Below are positions 1 to 9,737 of a stretch of DNA of 64,000 bases, in pieces. The notes below the pieces were generated by a model that had not been told where the DNA came from, made no database searches, and saw only the letters and a list, made by a program, of their open reading frames with translations. Within the stretch, counting starts at the first letter, position 1, and each line of letters starts with the position of its first letter. Source of the DNA: a bacterium (GTDB lineage Bacteria; Zhuqueibacterota; Zhuqueibacteria; Zhuqueibacterales; Geothermadaptataceae); assembly GCA_024275575.1 (NCBI GenBank), contig JAJRYV010000085.1, positions 65,490-129,489 on the forward strand, given 5' to 3'. Both the position numbers and the translations under genes were made by a program.

Positions 1-173
1 ATGAAAAATCCGGTGATATATCCCCAGAGAAGACTCTCTTTTGTGTCGAGATTACGCAGAAGAGCCAGGAAAGGAACCAGAGCGATATAAGCTAAAAAAC
101 CAAAAGGCAGCGGTGCGAAGGACAAACTGAGCAAAACCGCCGTACCGCTGGATAAAAGCAGGTTGCGTTGCAT
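1..173 (-). CDS. lnt: apolipoprotein N-acyltransferase, N-terminal fragment (continues past the window edge)
   Basis: Not in the ORF track because it runs off the edge. The reverse-strand ATG at 173-171 gives MQRNLLLSSGTAVLLSLSFAPLPFGFLAYIALVPFLALLRNLDTKESLLWGYITGFF. This hydrophobic N-terminus resembles Lnt. The ATG overlaps the TAA of the upstream gene (TAATG). Confidence 0.5.
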   Translation of the reverse strand, partial: MQRNLLLSSGTAVLLSLSFAPLPFGFLAYIALVPFLALLRNLDTKESLLWGYITGFF

Positions 174-1192
174 TAAAACACAACCTCTCTTCCCTCTGAG
201 GCGGATTGGTAAATAGCTTCGATAAGTTTCAACCGGCCGGCGATTTCTTTGCCGCTGGCTAATAAAGTGGTGTTTTGCTGGATGCAGGTCACAAAGTGTT
301 TTAATTCATTGTGGTAGGATCGAATATAGCGGAGGGTGCTGTTTTCATCTTTGGTTGGAACGATATTGACAAGATTGCCATGCAAATTTTTATAAACAGA
401 TAAAGGATTGATCGTCGCCGATGCTTGCGTGCCAAAAAATTTTGCCGAAAGCTCGTCTTTTTCAGCGATAATCGACCAGCTCACATCCAAGTGGAGAACC
501 GCACCATTATCAAATTCAACCATGCATACCGTCGTGTCTTCAACTTCCAAGTTTGGAGAATGATGAAAAACTTTAGCTTTGACGGCAACCGGTTCTGTGT
601 CACCTAATAACCACCATGCGGCATCGAGCATCTGAATGCCCAGGTCCATCAACACTCCCCCGCCGGAGATTTCTTTTTTCGATAACCAGTGCTTGTTTAT
701 GGTGGTCAAGTCGAGATTTCTAAACCAGGAAGCGCGGCAGGAATAAACATCCCCCAGCTCTCCCCCTTCAATAAATGATTTCAGGGTGATGAATTCCTTG
801 CGGAAGCGTACATTCATCGCAGCCATGAGCAGGCGATCGTATTTTGCTGCAGCATCAGCCATGAGCAGGGCGTCTGCATGGGTCGGCGCCATGGGCTTTT
901 CAACGATGACATGTTTACCGGCGGAAAGTGCATCAATGGCTAATTTTTTGTGCGATTGAGTGTCAGTGCAAATATCGATGACATCAATCTGATCATCCTT
1001 AAATAATTCATCCGGCTCGGAATACCAGATTTGCACGCCAAATTTTTCAGCAACCCACGCTGCCGTCGATGGCTGAATATCACAAATGGCGACAATTTCA
1101 GCTTCCGGTATTTTTTTCCATTGCGGGATATGGGCAATTTGAGCAATTTTACCGGCGCCGATCACCCCTATTTTTACTTTTTTATCTTTCAA
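173..1192 (-). CDS. Gfo/Idh/MocA family NAD(P)-dependent oxidoreductase
   Basis: N-terminal Rossmann motif KIGVIGAGKIAQIAHIPQW, followed by an EKP motif (VIVEKPMA) and the C-terminal alpha/beta domain typical of the family. Confidence 0.85.
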   Translation of the reverse strand: MKDKKVKIGVIGAGKIAQIAHIPQWKKIPEAEIVAICDIQPSTAAWVAEKFGVQIWYSEPDELFKDDQIDVIDICTDTQSHKKLAIDALSAGKHVIVEKPMAPTHADALLMADAAAKYDRLLMAAMNVRFRKEFITLKSFIEGGELGDVYSCRASWFRNLDLTTINKHWLSKKEISGGGVLMDLGIQMLDAAWWLLGDTEPVAVKAKVFHHSPNLEVEDTTVCMVEFDNGAVLHLDVSWSIIAEKDELSAKFFGTQASATINPLSVYKNLHGNLVNIVPTKDENSTLRYIRSYHNELKHFVTCIQQNTTLLASGKEIAGRLKLIEAIYQSASEGREVVF

Positions 1193-1193
1193 T

Positions 1194-1643
1194 TTAATAG
1201 CGATCCAAATATCCTCTTAAAATCAACGATGCTGCAATTTGATCAACTTTGCTCTTAGCCTGGCGCCTTTTCATCCCGGATTCCTGTAATAGACGTCTGG
1301 CTTGAATCGAAGTTAATCTCTCATCCAGCAGCATAATCGGTTTAGAAATTACACTCTTCAGGCTGTCGGCAAATAACCGCACCTCTTGCGCCATTTCTCC
1401 CTCTGTACCATCCATATTCACTGGCAGGCCAACGACGATCCCTCCGACCTGCATGGCCGTGCAAATATCAACAATTTGTGAAATCAAACGATCGATATCG
1501 GGGAAATTTTCGATCGTTGAATAAGGTTGAGCGGTCATTTGCAGCGTATCTGACAATGCGATACCAACACGCACACGACCATAATCAACGGCCATCAAAC
1601 GTCCACTGTGCGGCAATTTCTTTTCCGCATTCACAGAAATCAA
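1194..1643 (-). CDS. ruvX: Holliday junction resolvase-like nuclease RuvX/YqgF
   Basis: 149 aa. Contains GRLMAVDYGRVRVGIALSD (YqgF catalytic Asp region), GLPVNMDGTEG and DERLTS motifs. Confidence 0.85.
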   Translation of the reverse strand: MISVNAEKKLPHSGRLMAVDYGRVRVGIALSDTLQMTAQPYSTIENFPDIDRLISQIVDICTAMQVGGIVVGLPVNMDGTEGEMAQEVRLFADSLKSVISKPIMLLDERLTSIQARRLLQESGMKRRQAKSKVDQIAASLILRGYLDRY

Positions 1644-1954
1644 TCAGTGGTTAAAGGCTTCTTGAGAACTTCCTTTAAAAGTTTGCCGGCTTTGAAGTGA
1701 GTCTTCCTGCGGGCCGGAACGTAAATAATTTCACCGGTTTTCGGGTTTCGCGCTTTCGGTTTCGGTTTCGTCGTTTTGACTTCGAACACCCCAAAATCAC
1801 GAATTTCGATTCGAATCTCAGGATCGGCTTCTTCCATAAATTCACGCAATGCCGTAAAAACGCCATCAACAATTTTTTCAGTCAGGTAGATTTTTTCATC
1901 GACTATCTTTGCCGTACGTTTTGCAACATCTTTCTTGGTAATTGTGACCTTCAT
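1640..1954 (-). CDS. HU/IHF family DNA-binding protein
   Basis: 104 aa. FGVFEVKTTKPKPKARNPKTGEIIYVPARRKTHFKAGKLLKE is the beta-arm signature (RNPKTGE..P) of HU/IHF. 4-nt overlap with ruvX. Confidence 0.8.
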   Translation of the reverse strand: MKVTITKKDVAKRTAKIVDEKIYLTEKIVDGVFTALREFMEEADPEIRIEIRDFGVFEVKTTKPKPKARNPKTGEIIYVPARRKTHFKAGKLLKEVLKKPLTTD

Positions 1955-2031
1955 GAAATGCTCCTTCTGTTTTCATTGATCCTTCGGATAATCACTTTTA
2001 TATTTTGTTTCTATCTATCGTTATTTGGTTT

Positions 2032-4197
2032 CTAATTGACTGCTTTCCATGAACCGTTCAACCTTTCAACATTGATAATGCCTTTTACTTTTTTCAGCTT
2101 CTTAATCACCGATGTCAGATGAGAAAGGTTGTGAACTTCGATGATTAAATTGCTGTGAACAACCTGATCCTCGGCTTTCATATTAATGCTGATAATATTG
2201 GTGTTTGCAAGACTGATCGTCTCACTGATATCGCGCAGGTAATCTTTCCGATCTTCAGCCAGGATGCGAATACGGGCCACAAACTGACGATTTTTCTCAA
2301 CATCCCATTCCACATCTATTTTGCGCTCCGGTGACTCCATCAAATAGGACAAGTTGCGACAATCCGTACGATGAATGGTGACGCCCTTTCCTCTGGAAAT
2401 AAAACCGATAATACGGTCACCCGGGATTGGCTGGCAGCATTGGGCAAATGTAAAAAGCAAATTATCCAGGCCCTGAATGCGTACACCTTTGGCCGATCGC
2501 CGTGCCCGCGAAATAAACTTGTGCAGCAGGGAATCATCAGTAATGGCAATTTTATCTTCCGGCACAATTTTTTTGCGCAGGCTTTGCAGCGAGATATCGC
2601 CACTGCCGACTGCAGCATAAAATTGCTGCATATCTTCGTAACCGTAACTCAACGATAATTCAAGTATATTCTTTTCATCGTACTTTAAACTATATTTTTT
2701 CAGCTTTTTATGAAGAATTTCTTCGCCGAGTTTGTAACTTTGTTCAAAAAGTGACTCTCTTAGCCAGCGTTTTATCTTGCTGCGGGCTTTTGAAGTTTTT
2801 GTAAACTTCATCCAGCCCGGGTTTGGGTTCTGATTTGCCGAGGTTAAAATCTCCACAGAGTCACCGCTTTTGAGTTGATAATTCAGGGGCACAATCTTGC
2901 CGTTCACTTTCGCGCCGATACAATGCAAGCCGATATCGGTATGTACGGCAAAAGCAAAATCGACTGGCGTGCTGCCCAGAGCAAGCTTAAAAAGATCGCC
3001 GCGGGGTGTAAAAACAAAGACCTCATCGTGAAAGAGATCGATACGCAAATTCTCCATAAACTCGACAGGATCATTCGTGTCATATTGCCATTCGAGGACT
3101 TCGCGCAACCAGTTCAGATGTTTATCGAGATCGTCTTCCCGGGTTTTGCCTTCTTTATAACGCCAGTGGGCAGCGATGCCTTCCTCTGCCGTGCGGTGCA
3201 TTTCATCAGTGCGAATCTGTACCTCGACTTTTTTCCCTTCATAGCTTATCACCGTGGTGTGCAACGATTGATACATATTGGATTTCGGGGTAGCGATATA
3301 ATCTTTAAATCGTTCCTGCACCGGTGTAAAAAGACTATGAACCAGCCCAAGCACAAAATAGCAGTCCTCCATTTTTTTCACGATAATGCGGATGGCTAAG
3401 AGGTCATAAATCTCCTCAAAAGTTTTTTGCCGATTTTCAATTTTCTGCTGAATGCTGTATAAATGTTTCGGTCGTCCGGTAATTTTTGCCCGGATATTGG
3501 CATTTTTTAATTCTCTCCGAATGGGAATGGTCACCGAGCGGATATAGGCTTCACGTTTTTCCCGTGAGTCTGCCACCGATTTCGATAATTCCCAGTAAAT
3601 ATCTGGTTTTAATACTTTTAGCGCCAGGTCTTCCAGCTCCCATTTGACCTTTGCAATGCCCAGGCGGTGCGCCAACGGCGCATAAACGTCACGCGTTTCG
3701 ATAGCGATGCGACGTTGTTTTTTCTCCGGCAAATAATGCAATGTGCGCATATTGTGCAGCCTGTCAGCAAATTTGATGAGGATGACACGGATGTCCTTCA
3801 CCATCGAAAGGATCATTTTGCGGAAATTTTCAGCCTGCCTTTCCTCCACACTGTCAAATTTCAATTCACTAATCTTGGTAACACCATCGACAAGCAATGC
3901 GACTTCCTGTCCAAATTCTTCAGCAACTTCTTCGACTGTAATGCCGGTATCTTCGACAACGTCGTGCAAAAAGCCGCCTGCAACCGTGATATAATCCATC
4001 TTGAGCTCGGTGAGGATTTTGGCAACTTCCAACGGGTGCGAAAAATATGGATCACCGGATTTGCGCAACTGGTTTCGATGCGCATTCTTGGCGTATAAAA
4101 ACGATTTTTCGAGTAATTTTGCATCAACGGTTTTAAGGTAGCGCCGCAATCGGCGAACGATAAAGCCGAGAATTTGTTGATCCTTTTCATGTTGCAT
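2032..4197 (-). CDS. rel: bifunctional (p)ppGpp synthetase/hydrolase (RelA/SpoT homolog)
   Basis: 721 aa. HD hydrolase motif (HPLEVA..LHDVVEDT), synthetase region (YIATPKSNMYQSLHTTV), TGS domain and C-terminal ACT-like domain. Ends in TAG. Confidence 0.95.
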   Translation of the reverse strand: MQHEKDQQILGFIVRRLRRYLKTVDAKLLEKSFLYAKNAHRNQLRKSGDPYFSHPLEVAKILTELKMDYITVAGGFLHDVVEDTGITVEEVAEEFGQEVALLVDGVTKISELKFDSVEERQAENFRKMILSMVKDIRVILIKFADRLHNMRTLHYLPEKKQRRIAIETRDVYAPLAHRLGIAKVKWELEDLALKVLKPDIYWELSKSVADSREKREAYIRSVTIPIRRELKNANIRAKITGRPKHLYSIQQKIENRQKTFEEIYDLLAIRIIVKKMEDCYFVLGLVHSLFTPVQERFKDYIATPKSNMYQSLHTTVISYEGKKVEVQIRTDEMHRTAEEGIAAHWRYKEGKTREDDLDKHLNWLREVLEWQYDTNDPVEFMENLRIDLFHDEVFVFTPRGDLFKLALGSTPVDFAFAVHTDIGLHCIGAKVNGKIVPLNYQLKSGDSVEILTSANQNPNPGWMKFTKTSKARSKIKRWLRESLFEQSYKLGEEILHKKLKKYSLKYDEKNILELSLSYGYEDMQQFYAAVGSGDISLQSLRKKIVPEDKIAITDDSLLHKFISRARRSAKGVRIQGLDNLLFTFAQCCQPIPGDRIIGFISRGKGVTIHRTDCRNLSYLMESPERKIDVEWDVEKNRQFVARIRILAEDRKDYLRDISETISLANTNIISINMKAEDQVVHSNLIIEVHNLSHLTSVIKKLKKVKGIINVERLNGSWKAVN

Positions 4198-4221
4198 GTC
4201 ACAAGTCGCGATTTTAACGAT

Positions 4222-5592
4222 TTAAAAAGGTTGTGCGCCATTGCCAAAATACTGTTCACTATCCTGCTGGGCTGCGTTAGTAAAAAGGACAAATTGTTTC
4301 AGGTACTGCAATTCGATGGTTCCGATCGGTCCATTGCGCTGTTTGCCTATGATAATTTCAGCAGTGCCGTCGGTATTGGTTTGATCGTAAAAATCTTCAC
4401 GATAGACAAACATAACCACATCGGCGTCCTGCTCGATCGCGCCGGATTCCCGTAAATCAGAAAGCATCGGTCGCTTGTCGGTGCGGGCTTCCACCGCACG
4501 GGAGAGCTGAGAAAGCGCAACAACAGGCACATTTAATTCTTTCGCCAGTGATTTTAATGATTGCGAGATCATCGAAATTTCATGCTGTCGGTTTTCAGAT
4601 GTCGGCCCATGGATCAACTGCAGGTAGTCGACCATGATCATGCCGATTTTATGTTCCGCCATGAGCCGGCGCGCTTTCGCACGAATTTCGAGAATGCTGA
4701 TCCCAGGTGTATCATCGATAAAAATAGGTGCGCTGGATAGCCTACCCGCCGCAATGCTGAGTTTTCTCCAGTCATCTTTGGGTAACATGCCAGTCCGCAA
4801 AAGATGTGCATCCACTTTCGCCTCGGAGGTCAGAAGCCGCATTGTCAATTGGTAGGCGGCCATTTCCAGGCTAAAAACGCCGACGCCGATACCATGGTCA
4901 ACCGCTGCATTTCGCGCCATATTTAAACACAATGCTGTTTTGCCCATGGAAGGGCGTGCTGCAAGAATGATCAAATCGGAGTTTTGAAAGCCCGATGTTT
5001 TATTATCGAGAGCTTTAAAACCACTGGGCACGCCGGTTACCGACCCCTTCTGATTGTGGTAGCTCTCAATTGTTGTGAATGTCTCTTTCAATACAGGTTC
5101 AATGTGTAAAAAACCCCGACGCAGGCCACGTTCCGAGAGTGAAAATATCTTTTGTTCGGCTTTATCGATCAAGTCGCCTGCTTTTTCCGAGGCTTCATAA
5201 GCCATCTGGCTGATTTCGGTGGAGATGGCGATCAATCGCCGGAAAAGCGATTTTTCAAGCACGATTCTGGCATGATATTCGACATTTGCTGCACTGGGAA
5301 TCGTATTAGACAACTCGGTGATGTAATAGTTGCCGCCGATTTCATCAAGCAGATTCTGCCGTGATAATTCATCGCTAACGGTCAGCATATCCACCGGATC
5401 GGTGCGGGAAAAAAGAGTCACCATCACTCTGAAGATTTCTGCATGACTGCGTTTATAGAAATCTTCGGGTTGCAAAATTTCCAGCGCTTTGCTAACAGCT
5501 TCCGCTTCGATGAGCATGCTGCACAAAACGGCCCGTTCCGCAGTCAGATCCTGCGGCGGCAATCGATCGATTTGGGGTTGCTTATCGCTCAA
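4222..5592 (-). CDS. dnaB: replicative DNA helicase DnaB
   Basis: 456 aa. Walker A ARPSMGKTA, Walker B MIMVDYLQL, and the RecA-like C-terminal QLSRAVE...SDLRESGAIEQDAD. No intein. Confidence 0.95.
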   Translation of the reverse strand: MSDKQPQIDRLPPQDLTAERAVLCSMLIEAEAVSKALEILQPEDFYKRSHAEIFRVMVTLFSRTDPVDMLTVSDELSRQNLLDEIGGNYYITELSNTIPSAANVEYHARIVLEKSLFRRLIAISTEISQMAYEASEKAGDLIDKAEQKIFSLSERGLRRGFLHIEPVLKETFTTIESYHNQKGSVTGVPSGFKALDNKTSGFQNSDLIILAARPSMGKTALCLNMARNAAVDHGIGVGVFSLEMAAYQLTMRLLTSEAKVDAHLLRTGMLPKDDWRKLSIAAGRLSSAPIFIDDTPGISILEIRAKARRLMAEHKIGMIMVDYLQLIHGPTSENRQHEISMISQSLKSLAKELNVPVVALSQLSRAVEARTDKRPMLSDLRESGAIEQDADVVMFVYREDFYDQTNTDGTAEIIIGKQRNGPIGTIELQYLKQFVLFTNAAQQDSEQYFGNGAQPF

Positions 5593-5625
5593 TTCATCAT
5601 CACCTGCGGAAAATAAAAGATCATT

Positions 5626-6369
5626 TTAAAACATCGCCGGTTTACCGCCGATTTCCCGGTCGTATAAACTTCGAAATAATTTCATATCATCAAATACCTG
5701 CCAAAAAAGCTGCTTATCACCTTCGAGCTGTGATGGGTGGCACGTTACGATCGTTTTAACGCCAGCAAACAGATGCACCCGGGAACGCAAATCATCGAGT
5801 TTGGAGGTGCTGTCAAGCATTATTTGGGCGACAGCTTGACCCAGCAGAATCAGATAGCGCGGCTGGATGATTTTAAGCTGTTCCTGCACGATTTTCTGTG
5901 CCAGTTGCCGGTCATCCCGATCCTGTTTACTGTCGACAAATTTAAATAACGGGGTGACGAAAATTTCCTGCATTGTGAAGCCCATCTTAGTCAACATACG
6001 CAAAAAAATCGTCTCACTCGTATCGATAAAAACTTTATCTTTATACACGTGATCATAGGTGACGGCATCACTTAAAAATACCATATTCACATTTGCATTT
6101 CCATTGCCGAACACCGAGTTCGCATTATAGTTTTTCAGGCGTTGACGCAGATCATGCAGCAACTGATTCTTGTCTTGCCGCGGTGGCAATTTGAGTCTTG
6201 ATGCCGCATGAATTTCTTTCGATTCAACCACCGGGATCTGCTGAACACGCCGCATATCAGCCGCGTCATCGATTTGCGTTTGCGGCACTTTGATTCCCAA
6301 AAGCAAATCATTCGATCCCCAAAGTTCTTCCTGCTGCAGGAAAAACTGTTTAATTTCGTCGATATTCAT
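5626..6369 (-). CDS. uracil-DNA glycosylase-fold (family 4-like) protein with a degenerate active-site motif
   Basis: The C-terminal ~160 aa align by eye to family 4 UDG (VFG.G...MVF...; motif B region TCHPSQL). The GE(A/G)PG..ED motif A position reads LSDAVTYDH. There is an extra ~90-aa N-terminal region. Confidence 0.55.
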   Translation of the reverse strand: MNIDEIKQFFLQQEELWGSNDLLLGIKVPQTQIDDAADMRRVQQIPVVESKEIHAASRLKLPPRQDKNQLLHDLRQRLKNYNANSVFGNGNANVNMVFLSDAVTYDHVYKDKVFIDTSETIFLRMLTKMGFTMQEIFVTPLFKFVDSKQDRDDRQLAQKIVQEQLKIIQPRYLILLGQAVAQIMLDSTSKLDDLRSRVHLFAGVKTIVTCHPSQLEGDKQLFWQVFDDMKLFRSLYDREIGGKPAMF

Positions 6370-6374
6370 GATGT

Positions 6375-7592
6375 TTATTCAGTTGCTCTTTTATTAATTA
6401 ACAACCTGGTCGCGTTCTGCAATATTTCAGCGGCAACTTCCAGCTTGTCCTTTAAGGGAAAATCCAATATTTTTCCACCAGGAAAGAGCATCTTCACTTT
6501 ATTTGTTTTAAAAGCAAAGCCGGCGCCCTCATCTACCGGGTTATTAATAACAATAAAATCCAGATTTTTTTTACTGAGTTTTGCTGCTGCGTTCGCCAAA
6601 ACATCGTTTGTCTCAAGGGCAAAACCGATATGAATCGATTTATTTTTAAGCTTTTTCAATTCAAGTAAAATATCAGGGTTTTTTATCAGCGGCAGCGCAA
6701 ACTCGTCCTTTTGCTTTTTAATTTTCGAACAGGAATAGTGCAATGGCCGGTAATCCGCAACAGCTGCAGCAGCGATCAAAATTCCATTCTCAGGATAATG
6801 TTCACGGGTAAATTCGAACATATCCCTTGCTGATTCTACAGAAAAGGTTTCGACGTTCGCCGGAGGTCTGAGGTGCGTTGGCCCATGGACCAATTTAACC
6901 CGGGCACCCATTGCAGCAGCGACGTTTGCTATGGCAAACCCCATCCTGCCTGTTGAATGATTGCTGATAAAGCGAACCGGATCGATTTTCTCAACTGTGC
7001 GGCCGGCGGTGATCGTTAACGGTACGCCGTCAAGTATTTTATCCGGCCACTGATATTGAAAAACATGGCTGATGATGGTTTCAGTCTCAGGCAATCTGCC
7101 GGCGCCGGCGCCCTCTATCCGTGTCGCCATCGCCCCAAATTCCGGTTCAACAACACGATAGCCAAAATCGTGTAATCTCATCACATTGTTTGCCGTCGCC
7201 GGGTTTTCCCACATGCCTGTGTTCATTGCAGGGATGAACATCACAGGTTTACGTGTTGCAAGCACGGTTGCTGTAACGATATTATCTGCCAGGCCATGGG
7301 CACATTTTGCAATCGTCGTTGCCGTCGCGGGCGTGATGATGATCATATCCGGCCATTTCGCCAGCTCGATATGCTCGATATCATCAGCGGAAGGTGCAAA
7401 TAAATCGACTGCAGCCGGGGCGCTGGTAAGAGATGCAAATGTCAAAGGTGAGATGAAACGTGTTGCAGCCGGCGTGAGCATAGTGCGAATCCGTGCACCC
7501 TGGCGTTGAAGCTCGCGAACGAGTTCACAAATTTTATAGGCAGCAATTCCGCCGCATATACCGACCAGAATTTTTTTCCCGGCGAACATCAA
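6375..7592 (-). CDS. coaBC: bifunctional phosphopantothenoylcysteine decarboxylase / phosphopantothenate-cysteine ligase
   Basis: 405 aa. Flavoprotein N-domain (KILVGICGGIAAYK, PAMN..MW) and CoaB C-domain (ITAGRT.E.IDPVRFISNHSTGRMG, AAAVADY). Confidence 0.93.
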   Translation of the reverse strand: MMFAGKKILVGICGGIAAYKICELVRELQRQGARIRTMLTPAATRFISPLTFASLTSAPAAVDLFAPSADDIEHIELAKWPDMIIITPATATTIAKCAHGLADNIVTATVLATRKPVMFIPAMNTGMWENPATANNVMRLHDFGYRVVEPEFGAMATRIEGAGAGRLPETETIISHVFQYQWPDKILDGVPLTITAGRTVEKIDPVRFISNHSTGRMGFAIANVAAAMGARVKLVHGPTHLRPPANVETFSVESARDMFEFTREHYPENGILIAAAAVADYRPLHYSCSKIKKQKDEFALPLIKNPDILLELKKLKNKSIHIGFALETNDVLANAAAKLSKKNLDFIVINNPVDEGAGFAFKTNKVKMLFPGGKILDFPLKDKLEVAAEILQNATRLLINKRATE

Positions 7593-7597
7593 TCTAA

Positions 7598-7885
7598 TTA
7601 CTGCTCAGCATCCTCAATGAGTTCGATTTTTACGATATCACCTTCAAGATATTCTTTCAGGGCTATCGTATGTGGTTTTGGTAAAGGCGCAGTATTGGCA
7701 GGCCGTTCTTCGGCTTCATATTCATCATCGAGGAAATCATCGCCACTTTCGTCGTAAAAATCTTTTTCGAATTGTTGTTTTTGCTCATCATTAATCTGCC
7801 GGGCACGCCTGGAAATCATAATTATCGCTTCATAAATGCTTTCAGCATACTTGTTTAAATCTTTAACTACAATTGTATCGACCAT
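7598..7885 (-). CDS. rpoZ: DNA-directed RNA polymerase subunit omega
   Basis: 95 aa. SIYEAIIMISRRARQI matches the omega core helix. Sits in the conserved gmk-rpoZ arrangement. Confidence 0.8.
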   Translation of the reverse strand: MVDTIVVKDLNKYAESIYEAIIMISRRARQINDEQKQQFEKDFYDESGDDFLDDEYEAEERPANTAPLPKPHTIALKEYLEGDIVKIELIEDAEQ

Positions 7886-7902
7886 TGTTGATTCTCCATA
7901 AT

Positions 7903-8475
7903 CTATGATTGATTAATTTTCCTGTCTATTTCAACGAGCGCCTGAGCGATCGTTTTTTCAAGTCGGTCATTGACGATTATTACGTCATATTTTTCTGCGA
8001 ATTTCAATTCATCCGCTGCAGCTTGCAGTCTGCGGCCAATCACAGTTTCAGAATCGGTCTGTCGTGCTCTCAAGCGGTTTTCCAGCAAACTCATCGATGG
8101 TGGCGCCAAAAAAATCAGGAAGGCGTCATCCTTTAAACGTTCTTTGATAGCAAGACCGCCCTGCACATCGATATCGAGCAGAACGATTTCTTTATCGGCA
8201 ATATTTTTCTCTATGGGGCGCAGCGGTGTTGCATAAAAATTGTCATGAACTCTGGCCCATTCCAAGAACTCACCTTTGTCTCGCCGGCGAAAAAATTCGT
8301 CTTCCGATAAAAACAGATAATGTTTTCCATCAACTTCATTTTTTCGCGGTGGCCTCGTCGTCGTAGAAAGCGAATATTTAAAATCACTGGCTCGCTTCTT
8401 CATGATCTCACGGATTACTGTTGATTTTCCTCCCCCGGAGGGTGCTGAAAAGACGACCAATAACCCTCGTTTCAC
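7903..8475 (-). CDS. gmk: guanylate kinase
   Basis: 190 aa. P-loop SAPSGGGKST, TTRPPR, and YLFLSEDEF..EWA..H.N.YAT motifs. Confidence 0.95.
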   Translation of the reverse strand: MKRGLLVVFSAPSGGGKSTVIREIMKKRASDFKYSLSTTTRPPRKNEVDGKHYLFLSEDEFFRRRDKGEFLEWARVHDNFYATPLRPIEKNIADKEIVLLDIDVQGGLAIKERLKDDAFLIFLAPPSMSLLENRLRARQTDSETVIGRRLQAAADELKFAEKYDVIIVNDRLEKTIAQALVEIDRKINQS

Positions 8476-8479
8476 TTAA

Positions 8480-9358
8480 TCATTCCACATTTTGTACTTG
8501 TTCACGCAATTTCTCGATCTCTTCTTTTATTTGCACGACAAGGTGAGAAATATCAGCGTCATTACATTTTGCGCCAATAGTATTGGCTTCCCGATTCATT
8601 TCCTGCAATAAAAAATTCAGCTTACGTCCAGCAGATTCTGCGGAAGCAAGCGACTCATTAAAAATCAGATCATGGCTTTTAAGGCGAGTGCATTCTTCGG
8701 TAACATCGACCCTGTCGGCGAGCAAGGCAACTTCAAGCTCCAGCCGGCTGGGGTCAAGTTCACCTGTTCCGACCATTGAATGCACCCGTTCGTACAGTTT
8801 GGTGAACTCAGACTGTGATCGGCCGCGCGTTTTTTCTTCAATTTGTTCCACGAGTTTATCGATTAACTGAACACGACAACGCAAGTCTTTTTCAATCTCA
8901 ACACCTTCCCGCTTGCGCATTTCATTTAGGGCAATCAACGATTTTTCTACAGCAATCTCGATGCAACGCCAGGCATCTTCCTGGTAGTTCTCATCGTCAT
9001 GTTCGATGAATATATCGGGAAGGGTTAAAATATGTGTCAATGTCGGTTTTTCACTCACACCCATCTTTTCAGCCAATTCAGCCAGAAGCTTTGAATAGCT
9101 CCTGACCACACCATCGTTTAATTGCATATTAACCGCTTCTTCATCGATCTTATGCAGGCAGACCGACAGGGAAAGACGTCCCCGAACCAGGTGTTTCTTG
9201 ATAATTTCGCGGATTTTATGTTCACGGTTTTCGACTGAACGGGGAAGTTTTAGAAAGAGATCGAGGAATCGGTGATTCAAAGATTTGGCTTCAACATCTA
9301 TCTCGAATCCTTTTTCGATGTGGCTTCCCTTGCCATATCCAGTCATACTTATAATCAT
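8480..9358 (-). CDS. yicC: YicC family stress-induced protein
   Basis: 292 aa. N-terminal MTGYG...E.KS.NHRFLD and C-terminal EMNREANTIGAK..D are both YicC hallmarks. Confidence 0.85.
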   Translation of the reverse strand: MIISMTGYGKGSHIEKGFEIDVEAKSLNHRFLDLFLKLPRSVENREHKIREIIKKHLVRGRLSLSVCLHKIDEEAVNMQLNDGVVRSYSKLLAELAEKMGVSEKPTLTHILTLPDIFIEHDDENYQEDAWRCIEIAVEKSLIALNEMRKREGVEIEKDLRCRVQLIDKLVEQIEEKTRGRSQSEFTKLYERVHSMVGTGELDPSRLELEVALLADRVDVTEECTRLKSHDLIFNESLASAESAGRKLNFLLQEMNREANTIGAKCNDADISHLVVQIKEEIEKLREQVQNVE

Positions 9359-9737
9359 GTGGCGACATCCTTGTTGTTAAGCAACGATTTTCATTGTATA
9401 GACATCAACGGCAATTCCGGTTGATAAGCACAGAGACCCGATCCTGTCAAACATATCAATTGGACCCAACCAAAAACAATTGTCTTCAGAATTCCAGCAG
9501 TTTCGTATTAAAATTCCGATAAAATGCAGTGATCTTGAACCTGCATCCATTTCATGCAGTAAGTTATAGTTAACATTTGGCTTAAATAATAAGAATTATT
9601 TGTGGAAGAGTCAAACTCTTTTTAAAAATTTTTCAGAGCTAACTCTAATAAAATAAAGAGGCTTCACAGATTGTATCATTCTGTCTCAATTTCAGGTGGA
9701 ATTGTTTCAAAAAGAAATAGCGGAAAATGTCAAGTTA

